Below are positions 1 through 12,259 of a stretch of 64,000 bases of DNA, piece after piece. The position numbers and the translations under genes were made by a program. A model generated the notes under the pieces. It searched no databases and had not been told where the DNA came from. It saw nothing but the letters and a program-made list of their open reading frames with translations. Numbering within the stretch: position 1 is the first letter of the stretch; each line of letters begins with the position of its first letter. The stretch is taken from positions 2,046,001 through 2,110,000 of the forward strand of contig OY253668.1 of the NCBI GenBank assembly GCA_958009085.1. The letters are read 5' to 3'. Origin of the DNA: Protoeuglena noctilucae (Eukaryota).

Positions 1-158
1 TTGCAGCTGGCATGCCTGCCAACACCATGCTGCGCTGATATCAGAGACAGCCCCACACGTGCCTGCTTGCCTGCTCGCCACCACCGTGCTGTGATAGTTA
101 TCAAAGACAGTCCACACACGCATGCCATGCCACTGTCCAACCCCGCCCATCTGCTCAC

Positions 159-854
159 CTGCAGCCGCCCCCTCATCTCCTGAAACAGCGACTCTTGCAG
201 GTCCACGGTGTCCGCCATCATCGCCTTGGTGTAGGCATTCTGGGGGCCAAGCGGGGAGAGAGTGGGGCATCAGGACACCGCAGCACGTCGACGGTACAAA
301 GGATAGCTAAAGGAGAGCATGCTGTGTCGTGCTCCAGCACTTGAGACCATCGCCCCATCGGCAACACCCATCCCATACCTCTGCATCCAGGTACTGGATG
401 ACGTCCGGCCGCTTGCGCTCGTCGTCCCTGCATAAGAGCAAAGCGAGACTGGTTACACAGCATGCGCCACACGCCTCTCCACCACCACCGCACAAGCTGC
501 GACGACAGCTGCGGCGCACAAAGCGACTTAAACAAGCACCAGATGATCTCTCCTCGACTGCACAGCCATCCGCACAGTCACCTTAGCCAGTAATACTCGT
601 CAATGCGCTCGTCCCCCGTCAGCTCAGACTTGAGGACGTGGGGGCGGCGATCAGCGACGGGTGCGGGGACCATGGCGGCACGCGCGCGCTCCACCTCCGC
701 ATCCGATGCGCCCGATGCAACCTGGGCGAGGGAAAGATAAGGAGACGCGGGTCCGGCAAGCTGCTCGCGCTGTCATTAAGCAAACAAAGCTGCAGCAACC
801 CACCAGCGTGACGAGGGCGCGCTTCTCCGCGTCCCGGACGCCTGGGCGCGGCAT
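159..854 (-). CDS. Oligopeptidase B / protease II (peptidase S9A), N-terminal exons; gene runs off the left edge; true 5' end may lie further up (to ~1340)
   Basis: Spliced exons read VPAPVADRRPHVLKSELTGDERIDEYYWLR|DDERKRPDVIQYLDAE|NAYTKAMMADTVDLQESLFQEMRGRLQ, the characteristic N-terminus of oligopeptidase B (D-x-Y-x-W-L-R ... YL-x-AEN-x-YT). Confidence 0.9.
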
Positions 855-1441
855 CCCACGCAGCAAGTGACCCCGACCGTTCTACGAGGAATGACGAATG
901 CGGTGTATGCGGTGACGGGGGGACGCGGCACCCGGCCGCTGACGATGGAGAAAGAAGAGCCTTTCTTTCCTCACCCTGCGCGCTTTCTTGACGTCGCTCA
1001 TCACAGACCGCAGCGGACCAAAGTTTCCATTGATATCGCCCTTGGGATCGAGGACGAAACGCCGCACCTGCCGCGCGATCCTGCAGCGAAGTGGAACTTC
1101 TCCCCGTGAAGCTCACGCTCTGGCCGGATGGCCGATTGCAGTAGCCGAGCAGATTCCATGACATTCAATCCATCGCATCGTGGTGCGGATCGCGCCCGCC
1201 TCGGCGAGCCTCACCCCGCAGCGGCCAGCACCACCGCTGCCGCCATGACTGACTGCTTCGCCCTGTCCCCAGCCATCCTGGCCACGCAAGCAGGCTCGGC
1301 AGCCCACTGGAGTTCTCCCGAGGAGGGCGGCGAGTTCCATTAACAGTCAGGGTTGCACTGCACACTGGCATCGTTCCCGACGTCTGACCCTCGTTCACAC
1401 TTGCAGCTATGTTCGCCAAGCAAACCACTCCCCGCAGCAAC

Positions 1442-4400
1442 TCATGCCGTCGCCGCGGCGCCCTGTCCCCAGCTATGCTCGTGGATGTGAGCGGCCGCGA
1501 GCGCCTGCAGAATTGTGACCCTAAGCGCCGTCACCGCCCCGGCTAATGGAGCCCCACGCCCCTCTTCTTCCCCATCCATCGCATCGTCGTCACCCGGTCC
1601 GCCCCGCCCCTCCTCGGCCGCATCCAGGCACTCCAGCAGCGCGTGGACGTCAGAGACTGACAGGCGGAAGGACCCCAGCCCCTGCAGCAGTGACCGCGCG
1701 TGCAGCAGCACCTCTACACGCTCCGCGTCCGCACAGAAGCCGCCGGGGCCCACCAGGCAAAGCAGCGACAACTGGGGATGGGTGAAGAGGGGGGGCAGGG
1801 TCACGCAGAGCAGCGTGCAGGTGCAGGCGACATGTGCAGAAGAACGGTGCACCTCCTGTCAATGTGACTGTGACTGCGACTGGCCCGCAACGATCGACCA
1901 ATGATCAATGCCCCACTCGCCTTGGCCCGGCCAGCCGCCGTCTCTGCCCCGCTCCCCGCCCCCTCCGCCCCCTCCCTCCCCACCACCTCCCTCGCACTGC
2001 ACAGGAGCACACGGTACGCCGCCACGCGCCCCAGGGCCGCCACGGGCGCACAGCGGGGGCTCGCGGGGTCCCAGGCGGGGTCGGCCCCCGCCACGCGCAC
2101 CGCCGCCTCCGCCGCTGCCAGCGATCCCTCCTCTGCCCCCGCTGCCCCCGCCCCTTCCTGCGACGCGGGCTCAGCCGCAAGCGCAGCGACCGGCGCACCC
2201 CTCGCGGCGGCCCACGCGCGCAGGAGCCCCGCCACGGGTCTCGCAACGGCGTCTAGAGATGCGAGGAGTGCGTCGGATGCGGCGGTGGGCCCCGGGAGCG
2301 TCGTTTGGCGGACGAATCGATCGATGGCCCGCGTCACGGGTACGAGAGCGTCCTGGGGAGGCGGGGGGGGGGGGGGGGAAGGGGCGATGGGATTGCAATG
2401 CGGCAGAAGAAAGGAAGGCACTTGCAACATTTCTAATCTGTTGCCAGTGGTAGTCTCTACCATTGTTTGATAAAACAGAGACTGCCCCCTATGTTTAGTA
2501 TTAGTACGTCACAGATGGACCATCTCCCTTGCCTGCACTCTCTCCAAGCTCCCCGACTCGGCCATCCACGCCAGCGCCGCGCCTGCGTCGCCCCTCGCGG
2601 CCGCCGCCCTCCCCGCCCGCACGCACACGTCCCTCGCGGCGTGGGGCTGGCCCACCCCCCGCAGCGCGCGCACCAGCTCCCAGCAGTCACGCTCCGGCAC
2701 GGCGTCGGATCCGATGGGCAGGCGGTCAAGCAGGCAGTCCAGCGACGGCTGGCCCCTGGGGTTGGGGCGAGGTGTGTGGGTGTTCTCGAGAAGTACACGT
2801 GTAATAGGATGTCTATCACATGAGTAAGAGTTTGCGGCAGTGTCATCCATCGCAAGGCAAGCCGTGCGGTCACCCACACGCACATGCGCACGCGCACACC
2901 CACATGCCAGCCTCAGCCTCCCGTCTCCCAGTCCACGCCCTGCCCTCACCTCTTGGGGCACCACTTGAGGTAGGCCATGGCGGTGCGCCACCCCCCGTGC
3001 GCGGATGCCATGGCCCTCGCATGCCGCAGCTGGTACGCCTCCTCCTGAGACACGCCGCCCATGCCGCCTGGGAGGGGGCGCCTGCGGGGGGAAGAGACTA
3101 GGTTGATGTTCTCATGCCATCTGCACCCAGTCGCAGCGCCATGGGAACAAAGCTGAGCGACAGACGCACCATGCTGTGCCCGTCGGAACGCACGGCCGCA
3201 GCAGCGCCACTGCGAAGCGACCTCGCTACACCACATCCAGCATCACCAACTAGCCTCGTCGCGCAACCTGACCCCGCTTTCGCTCCAACCCCCCTCGCCT
3301 CAGCAGCTCCCGCCAGTTGGCCGCCCCCCCATCCATGACGCGGAATGCGTGCGCCATGAGCCACGGGCCCCCGGGCATCCGGGACAGCACCCGCACCGCC
3401 TCCTGCGGCTGGCCCCACGCCACGGCGCGCACCAGCCCCGCCACCACCTCCCCACCCAGGCACCCCGCATCGCCCCCGCCCCCGCCCTCCGCACCCACCC
3501 CGTCACCCCCACCCACCCCACCCTTTCGCTTCAGAGGGCCTCCCGGTACCCCCGAGCACGTCTCCAGGACCTCCGCCAGCTCCGCCAGCGACGCCAGCGG
3601 GCGCTGGTGCAGCAGCCGCGCCACCCACAGCTCCTCCCAGGTGGCACACGCGGCCTCCAGGGCAGGCGCAGCCCCTTGCAGCACGTTCAGCGCCGTCGTC
3701 AGTCCGTGGAACGTGCTCTCGTCGGCCGCGCGACACGCGTCCCACCACCGCCTGGGGAGGCTTGAGGATACGCGGTGGGGGCGAGTGCTAGTGCAAATGC
3801 ACGGCAGGTGCGTGGAGAGAACCAACGTAAGCACAACACCCATGCCCAGTTCCAGTACTCTGACCATGCTCGCCCACCCCATTAGCCTCACCTGGTGGCA
3901 GCCACGTCCCCCAGTTCCTGCAGCCACGCCTCTCTGGCGATGGACAGGTCCCCCACCGACTCATGCGCCACACCGCCCCCCGCGGGGCCACCCTCCCGCA
4001 GCAGACGCGGGGCCGTTAGCAGAGCGCGGCGGACCTGATCCAACGCCGCACGCTGCGCCACCGCCCCGGTGTCGCCTGAGACAAGGACAGAGACACAAAT
4101 GCCTATCTCATGCATGCCAACAACAGAGACACGGGCGCTCATTTCATGTCATGCTTGCCACAAACAGAGACACGGGAAGTCATCTCATCTCATGCATGCC
4201 AACGACAGAGACACGACTGGTCATCTCATGTCATGGTTCCCACGAACAGAGACACAGGTGCTCACGCTTGCCCGACCATGCCATGCGCATGTGCTGACCA
4301 CTGCTTACACACACGCACATCAATTGGCTCTCCTCGCTGCTCACCCGAGTCTGCGAGGATCCACGATGAGTGGCAGTCCAGCAGCTGCACCGCCACGTCC

Positions 4401-5307
4401 AGCCATCCCAGCGCGGTCGCAGCCCAGACGGCGCCCCAGTACTCCGGGTCGTTCTCGGGAGGCTGCGACCCCGCGTGGAGGGCCAGCAGCCGAGGCATCG
4501 CCGACTGCAAAAAGAGAGCGCGAGCGGACGTCCTCGTTTCGTCGACCTGCGGCTGCGCAGGTGGGATCGCAGCCGGCGCGACGGTTCGATGTCATGTCAT
4601 CACCTCGAGAGCGACGGAGGAAGACTTCTCGGCGTCCGCGAGCGCCGCGTAGTTGCGCTGGAACCACGCCACCACGTGCTCTGCTGCTAGCCCGTGCGTG
4701 AGGCGCTGCTCGAGCACCAGGCTCTGTGGTGGAGAGAACAGGCGCAGAAAAGATCACCACAGCGCAGGGGCGCGTCAGGCGCGGCGCAGCGCGATCGGGC
4801 GCCGCACCGTCAGGAGCTCCCAGGCCGCGGCCGTGGCCTGCACCGCGCGGCTGTCGCGGGACTGTCCGCCCCCGCCTCGATCCGCCATGCACGCGCTGAT
4901 ATTCCTGGAATACTCCAGCGCCTGGCGAAGACGCGCGGAGTCGGATTCGAGCTGCCCGGACAGCTCCTGCGCGCACGGGATGCTGCCGGCGATCCGCGGC
5001 GGCTTGAGCTACAGCGGGCTGGCGGCAGGTCAGACGTTCGCACATAGTTCATAGCACTCCATCGGGGCCACCCGATGGCCAGGCGGGGAGCGGCAGGACG
5101 GGGGCGGGCACCCCTCACCTTCATCATGCCCCGCTCGTGCCAGGGCAGGGAGTCCAGCATCAGCTTTCGCAGAGCAGGTCCGGGGTTGGGCGTGGCGACT
5201 GTGTGGACGGTGGGCGACGCTCCCCGGGCGTCCAGGACGTGGAACTCCGACCCGCATCCCCAAAAGAAGTGCAGGCGCCTCGGCGGGGGCGCCGCGCCCG
5301 ACGCCAT
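1442..5307 (-). CDS. NUP85: Nucleoporin Nup85-like (multi-exon)
   Basis: Exons include PPENDPEYWGAVWAATALGWLDVAVQLLDCHSSW, LNVLQG..CATWEELWVARLLHQRP, GGPWLMAHA, GWRTAMAYLKWCP and LSVSDVHALLECL. These match the motif series I recall for Nup85. Confidence 0.8.
4083..4262. repeat. Intronic degenerate minisatellite, about 5 units of ~40 bp sharing ACAGAGACAC...(T)CATGC/TCATG
   Basis: acagagacac recurs five times at roughly 37-42 bp spacing inside a Nup85 intron. Confidence 0.8.
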
Positions 5308-5711
5308 GGCCACGTCACGGCTCTAACCGCGCTGAAAAGCTTCGACTCTTCACGACGGGACACTGCCCAGTAAGGGCGGCACAGTGTGGAAGCTGCAACC
5401 GTGCAGAAGTTGTGGCTGAGCGGCAGATAAGCGACGTGCGACAGCGACTTCGTCAACTGACCCCAACGGTGGAATGGAAGCGGATCCTCCTACGCGGATC
5501 GGGCGCCGTCTGACATTTCCCGTGCTCTGGCGAGCGTCCCACGGGCGAGGGCTGGTTATGTCGACGCCACGTCGTCCCCTTTGACCTGTCATGGCAAGAG
5601 GCATCTCCCTCACGTCGGCATCGACCTCGCGGCTCGGCCAACCTCTCTGGATTTTAAACACTTCGCGACACTTTCCCGGGACACCGGAGCGGCGTGTGAA
5701 GGGGGCGGGAA

Positions 5712-6804
5712 ATGGAGGAACAGCTCAACAAGTTGACGAAGGCGGAGCTTCAGGATCGACTGAACGCGAGGCAGATTCGCTGGTCCACGACGTGAGCTGC
5801 AACCTGCGGTTGGTGCACACGCTGGCCTGTCACTAGCCACGGGGCCGCACGCGCCGCAGGGACCCGCTCTGCCGCGCCTCTGTTATGCTCCGCGACGGCG
5901 GGCCTGGGGTCAGGGCGCGCGGTGCAGCATCCGTCCCGGCTGCGGCCTGCGTTGTTAGTGGCCTGTTGCCGGGGCCGGCGCGCGCGTCCGAGGCCCGCCC
6001 GCCGCCCGCGATCCGCAGGGCGAAGAAGGCGGAGCTTGTGCAGGCTCTGCTGAGCGCCGGGGGACCCTTTGAGCCCCCCACGTCGCCGTCGCGGCTGCGC
6101 GGGCGATCCAAGACTCCCGCTCGGGAGGTGTCGCGGCCAGCGCTCGCGCCTGGCGCCCGCGCGCCCTGCCTCACGCCACGAGACGCATAACACGAGCCCC
6201 TCCGTCCACCCGCAGCGCGCGCCGGTCCGCTCCCCGCCCCGCACCCGAGGCCGCACGTCGCTCAAGCCCCAAGACCCTACCGGTCCTTCCGTGTCTCCCG
6301 TGCCCATAAAGAGTTTGAGTCCGGAGGACGTCCCCGCGACGCCCGCCGCCGCGCGCTCCCCGCCCGCGTCCCCCCCCGACGCCACCCCCCGCCGCAACGT
6401 TCGCCGTGCGTCGCTGGTGCCGCTCCCCGCGTCCCCCCGGGGCTCCACGCCGCCCCCCACTGCCCAGCCCTCGCACCTGTCTCCATTGACTCCCTTGCTC
6501 ATCGTGGCCGTCGTCGTCGCTGTCATCTGGGCCCTCTACACGGCCAAGGTGTCCAAGGAGCTCACGCAGGTGAGGGATCATAGCGAAGATGAGCGGGGAT
6601 GAGGGCAGATGAGCAGAGAAGAGCAGAGATGAGGGCAGAGACGAGGGTCGCGGCACACGAGTAACTATGGGAGTTGAGGTTGAGAGGATGTGCTGGAGAG
6701 CAATCGCGTAAAAGCTGCCGTTTTTAATCGTCCTTTGCCCGTCGCACGCACAGGTCATCGACATGGCTCTGGGCAGGGGTGGGAAGACCAAGCTCCGATA
6801 CTGA
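5712..6804 (+). CDS. HeH/LEM-like (SAP-like) N-terminal domain, S/P/R-rich linker and single C-terminal TM helix; putative inner nuclear membrane protein
   Basis: Splicing 5791..6018 gives MEEQLNKLTKAELQDRLNARQIRWSTTAKKAELVQALL. This is followed by an SP/TP-rich basic region, TM LLIVAVVVAVIWALY and last exon VIDMALGRGGKTKLRY*. Confidence 0.7.
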
Positions 6805-7060
6805 TACATTCCGCGTTCACGAGGGGAGGCGATTGCCGGTGCGGTTGCGGTTGCGTAGAGTAGCGCACAGCACCCTGCCGGGGTGTCACGTGGGCGTGGG
6901 CATGCAGGCCATCCACTGGCATGTAACAGTCTCCCCGCCGATCGGCTGCATGTGAAGTGGGCAGAGGCTAGATGTTTAAACACACTACCCAATGGCAGCT
7001 ATTGCCGCTCCATGAAGCCTGACCTCTCACTCTTAAAGAGTTTCAGAGTAAGTAGTGCCA

Positions 7061-8706
7061 TCAGGCGCTCTTACAGCTCCCCTGCCTTGCCTCGGCCCCC
7101 ACCCTGGGCTCGTACACCCCCTCGAACACGGCGGAGTAGTCGGTGTTGTCGAGTCCCCGGTCCGTGGTCGACTGGATGACTCGCGACAGGGCCTCCAGCA
7201 GCGACGTGTCGAGCTCAGACTCCCGGGCCACCTGGGGGAGAGACACGACGACAGGGGGATGGCATTGAATGGGACATTGCGTGGGTGGCAGTTTGGCTGT
7301 GGGGAGTGAATGAAACATGGGTGGGTGGCAACCTGGCTGCTTGCGAGGCAGGTAAGTGCCGGTCGCTTCGCCATGCAAACCAGCCATTGGACATCTTGCA
7401 TCTTGATGAGAAAAGCAAAGACGTGGACCGGCACGCAGACATCTAGCACCAGCCACCCGCGCCGCCCCTCACGTCGGCGAAGAGCCGCACGTCCTTGAGT
7501 AGGTGCTTGGTGGGGAAGTTGGGGTTGGCGTAGTCGCGGTCGAGCATGCGCTGGAGCTTCTTGTCGAAGGTGGGGGCGTAGAGGGCCGAATCGCGCAGGA
7601 TGGCCATGAACTTGGAGTCTGCGGGCGGAGGTAGGGACACGACGTCGCATGGGGTGGGGCTGTATCCCGAAACAGCAGATAACACTTGCTGACGCAGTAC
7701 AGTTACACTGGCGCGTGCGCGCAGTGGTGCAGTGGCGCCGTCCCACCCGTGTTGCAGTCGACACCGTTCTTGAGGAGCAGGCCGAGGGAGGTGGAGAAGC
7801 CGACCGTCAGGGACGCGATGAGCTGGTTCATGGCCAGCTTGGTCGCAGCCCCTGTACCCACGCCGCCCATGTGCTGGATGTTGTGCCCGAATGCCTGCAG
7901 CACGGGCCACGCGCGGGAGGACGCAGGGTCGCTGTCGCAGCCCACCATCACGAGGAGGGTGCCCTTGGATGCCTGGGCAGCAGAGTTGGAAAGAAAGGTG
8001 CGATAGCGCAGTGCACTGTCATGCAGGAAGCAACGCGTCCCAGACAGGTCTCGGTCACGGCCTGTAGGTGGGCTAGCGCATCGTCCATCGCCGTTCACCG
8101 CACCTCCGGCTGCGAACCCAGGACGGGCGCCTCCAGATAATCGGCCCCCGCCTCGCGCACCCGCGCCGCAATGTCGCGGCTGCTCTGCGGGCCGATGGTG
8201 CCCATCTGCAGGACCGTCTTGCCCCGCAGCGACGAGCACGCCGAGGCGTCGTCCAAAATCGTGGCCTCGATGGCGCGGGCGTCTGCCAGCATCAGCAGCA
8301 CGACGTCCGCGTTGTCGATGGCCTCCCGCGCAGTCGCCGCGACCGAGCAACCGCAATTCGCGAGCTGCTGCGCCGCGGATAGAGTCCGGTTCCACGCCAC
8401 GACCTCAAAGCCCACGTCGCGCAGCCTACGCGCCATCTTGTTGCCCATCAAGCCGATACCGAGCAGAGCGACCCGGACACCGGCGCCCGCGCTTCCGGAG
8501 GCGCTTCCGGAGCCGGCAGTCGCCATGGTGCGCCTGGCCCCTCGCGACCCTTGTGGCCGAGTCGCTGGGGCGGGCGCCGGGGATGAGCAGGGACCGCAAT
8601 CCAGGCGACGCTGGTTGCGGGAACAAAGGGGCAACCGGCGGAAGGAGGCAGCACACGGGATGCCCACGCCTTTGGAAAGCGTCGTTGAAGGAACAATTGG
8701 CCTCAT
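7061..8706 (-). CDS. NAD(P)-dependent beta-hydroxyacid dehydrogenase (3-hydroxyisobutyrate DH / glyoxylate reductase family), probable transit peptide
   Basis: ALLGIGLMG..AWNRT dinucleotide-binding motif, EAPVLGS, catalytic-Lys segment AATKLAMNQ, and NPNFPTKHLLKD. Confidence 0.9.
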
Positions 8707-8925
8707 ATCCCTGAGTGCAGAGTCACAGGTCGCAGGGCAGCTAATCTATCGGGAAATGGCACGTCCGGGTCGAATCGTGCAGGATCGGGGGCACACCACC
8801 TGACGCATCTGGCAAGGGGCAATGCCACTCCCTTGCCGTGGTTTCGACAGCATTCCCTATTGCTGCAGCTTATACAGATCCTACGAGTCACTCTGGAATC
8901 TCACCGACTCCATTTCACCGACAAA

Positions 8926-11224
8926 ATGTCGGCGATGCGGCTCGCCGGGGTGTCCCAGCTTGGCGCGGCCCTCGCGAGGAGATGGGGCGCGCCCTCGCCA
9001 TTGCATGGGGACTTCACGACTCGTGCGTTCATGGCGAGCGCGATCAGTCACGAGGGCAAGAGGAAGCCGCTGGCGTCTGTCGTCGGGGCCACGCAGCGCG
9101 CGGTCGAATCAAGTGAACTTTCCGACTCGGAGGGGGGCCGCACGGGCCCGGAGGACCTCGGAGTCGTCGTATCTTCATCGCGTCAATATGTAGTGGAGCA
9201 TATGGGGCTGCTGAAGGCGCGCTTCCCCCGCACTCGCTTCGTCGGTTAGTACGCCCACGACGCTGCGCCCTCTCGCACCCCCGCCTGGTCTCTCGGGCCA
9301 GCAAACACATCCCGGCATTTCCGACCGAGCGCAGAGACCCGCCTGGAGGTAAGCAGCACGGCGATCGCCAAGGGCCGCCCCGTCGTGTGCTGCTTCGTCA
9401 ATGACGACCTGAGCGAGCCGGTGCTGAGGCGCCTGGCGCGCGGGGGCACCAAGCTCATCGCCATGCGCTGCGCGGGGTACGATCGCGTGGACGTCCACGC
9501 CGCCGCTGCGCTGGGGATGCGTGTGGTGCGCGTGCCGACCTACTCCCCACGCGCCGTGGCAGAGCATGCCGTAGGCCTGATGCTGTCTCTCAACCGGTGA
9601 GTGCCTGCCCATGCATGCCGTGGGCCTCATGCCGCCTCTGTCTCTCTGCGTTGCTGCCAGACACGCTTCAGCACTCCCTCCCTCGCTGCCCCGTGCACGT
9701 CCCTTCTCACTGCCCCTTCCGTGCGCAGTCGCATCCACAAGGCGTACGTCCGCACCCGGGAGGGCAATTTCTCCCTCAACGGCCTCGTGGGCTTCAACAT
9801 GAGCGAGTCCACGGTGGGGGTGGTGGGCACGGGGGCCATCGGGGCGGCCCTCTGCCAGATCCTCAAGGCGGGCTTCCAGTGCAGAGTCCTCGCCTACGAC
9901 ATCCAGCCCAGGCGAGCGCACCTGCTGCGAGCATCTAACTAAATTTGCGCGGAGTGGATGCGTGCGCGGATGGCTGCCGGGTGCGATGGGCGTGGCATGG
10001 AGTTGGCCACTGCGGGCGATGGGATGGCGAGCACTGCGCAGTGAGGGGCCGATGAGCAGCGTGGGCGGTCGTGACGATCAAATGTTGTTCGTCGCAGGGA
10101 CGATTTGAAAGCGATAGGCGTGGAGTACCTCCCCATGGATGACGTGCTCACGTGAGCGGCATGCGATGCGTGGTTTGCCGCAGCCGAGCGCCATGGCCCA
10201 TGCATACATGGGCAATGGTGTCACGCATGTGAGTGTGCTTGATTATTGTGAAGGGTGTGTCTGATTGTAACGGATCAATGCCCTGCGCAGGAGGAGCGAC
10301 ATCGTGAGCCTCCACGTGCCTCTGCTCAAGTCCACCGAGCGCATCATCAACCGCGACGCCATCTCCCGCATGGAGAGGGGCGTCATGATCATCAACGTCT
10401 CACGGGGAGGGCTCATCGACACGGGCGAGTGGCGAATGCGCAGGCGATAGTTTACTAGTAGTAGTATGACTGCACTCCACACACCGCAGCGACCATCCAA
10501 CGACCGTCCACGCACCCTCTCACAACATGCACTTATACGTTCACGCACTGCCTTCCGCTGCCCCCTCCGCATCTCATGAGACTGACCTTCTGCCTAGCAG
10601 CCATGACCCGTGCCTCTCGTCGCAGATGCGGTGCTGTGGGGCCTGGAGTCGGGTCAGGTGGGTTCGCTTGGCCTGGATGTCTTCGAACACGAGGAGAATC
10701 TCTTTTTCGAGGATTGGTCGGTGTCAGACAACCGGCGACTGCAGTCCTGGGACAGGCGAGGGCGTGGCAGTAGCCTCATGCTGAGCGGACGGGAACCCAC
10801 AAGGCGCATGCATGCATGTCACTGTGCTGCATGCGCATGTGCCATCCATGCCACGCCAGAATGCCAGAGAGCATCCATGTCACCACGTCTGCAGGCGCCT
10901 GACGCTCCTCACGTCCCTCCCCAACTGCATCGTCACCCCCCACTCGGCCTTCCTCACACGGCAGGCCCTGCAAAACATCGCCAAGGCGAGAGACGCACGT
11001 CACTGTGTGATGACATGTGTTGACCATCACACCCCTTGTTACCGTCACGCTGCCCTTGGTTTGCCTGGCCACAGTAGCCAGGGTGACCACAGCACGGTTC
11101 ATAGTATTTGACTAGTCTCGTGTCGATTCCGCAGACGACCGTGGACAACATCGCGGAATGGGTTGAGGCAGGCAGCGCCACCCCTGCCAAGCCCCTCACC
11201 AACGAGGTGCTGCCACGGGGGTAG
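8926..11224 (+). CDS. D-lactate dehydrogenase (LdhA-type D-2-hydroxyacid dehydrogenase), 8 exons
   Basis: CCFVNDDL, AMRCAGYDRVD, RVPTYSPRAVAEHA, VGVVGTGAIG, SDIVSLHVPL, INVSRGGLID, LDVFEHE, IVTPHSAFLT. Confidence 0.95.
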
Positions 11225-12259
11225 AAGCACAGCTGCAGCAGGAGCGAGGAGAGCGCAAGAGCGAGACAAGAGGCGTCTGTGAGGCAGCGCCGCTGCAACT
11301 GTGCGATGAGGGACGCAGCTTGGTCGTCATGTATTGGAGTCAACGTGGGCGACACACTGGGGGGGTGCGCACGGCCGTGGCTGGCGGCGTGAGCGGCGTG
11401 CGTGCCGCTGCTCAGGGACTCGAGAAGGCGAGGGCAGAGCAAGGGGAGAGACCAGCATACATGCGGCTGCGCATCCCTCAACCTCACCCTCCCTCCCACC
11501 CCACCCATGCAGGCCCGTGACCGTGATCGTGACTTGGCGGAAGCGACACCACGGCATGGCGAAAGGGCCGTTGCTGGGCCGGCTCTCGTCTGACACACTT
11601 GCGAGGCTGCCCCTTGCCACCAGTTGTCACTATCGCTTCCGTTTCCACTAATGACAAGCTGCCCTGCCAGGGGGCACGCATGACTCGTTGACGCGCTGGT
11701 GTTGAATGGCGCGTGCTAGGGCCTCATGGGCGCAAAAAGGGGCCAGCCACGGGCACGCGCTGCCGGCCATGGCGGCAGTCGAGGGCGGCCCAACGCTAAT
11801 TGCCGGAATCACTTGCCAAACACTGTTTGCTAATGATGTCTGAGCTCATTCGCACACCTTGGACAACATGCGAGCGAATGGGGTGCGCGGAGGCTGTAGC
11901 ACCTGGCGTGGAAGGTGTGGCACTGGGGTGACCCTCCCATTGCAAACGGGGCTGGGGGCCCCGCGATGAGGGGACTAGACGAGGGACTGTGCGATAGACA
12001 AGGCAGGGACTGGAAGCCGGACGCCCTCATGGGCCGAGAGGAAAAAAGGCATGGAACCTCCGGGTGCGTCGCTTGCGGCAGCGATCGCCAAAGGGGCGGG
12101 AGAGTGCTCGAGAGCACGCACTGGGAGAGCCTGCAGCGCCGGATGAACGGGCGCAGGACGGGGTTGGGATATGTGGACGTCCCGTTCGCTGCTGGCATGA
12201 CCTCGCGGCCCAGGAACGTGGCGAGGCGCGGCAACGGGGTACACCGTAGGGGTAGTGGG

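Noticed and set aside
4083..4262. Possible CRISPR-like repeat-spacer array
   Set aside because: The 'spacers' are similar to each other, the repeat core is short, there are no cas genes and it lies in a eukaryotic intron; it is a minisatellite.
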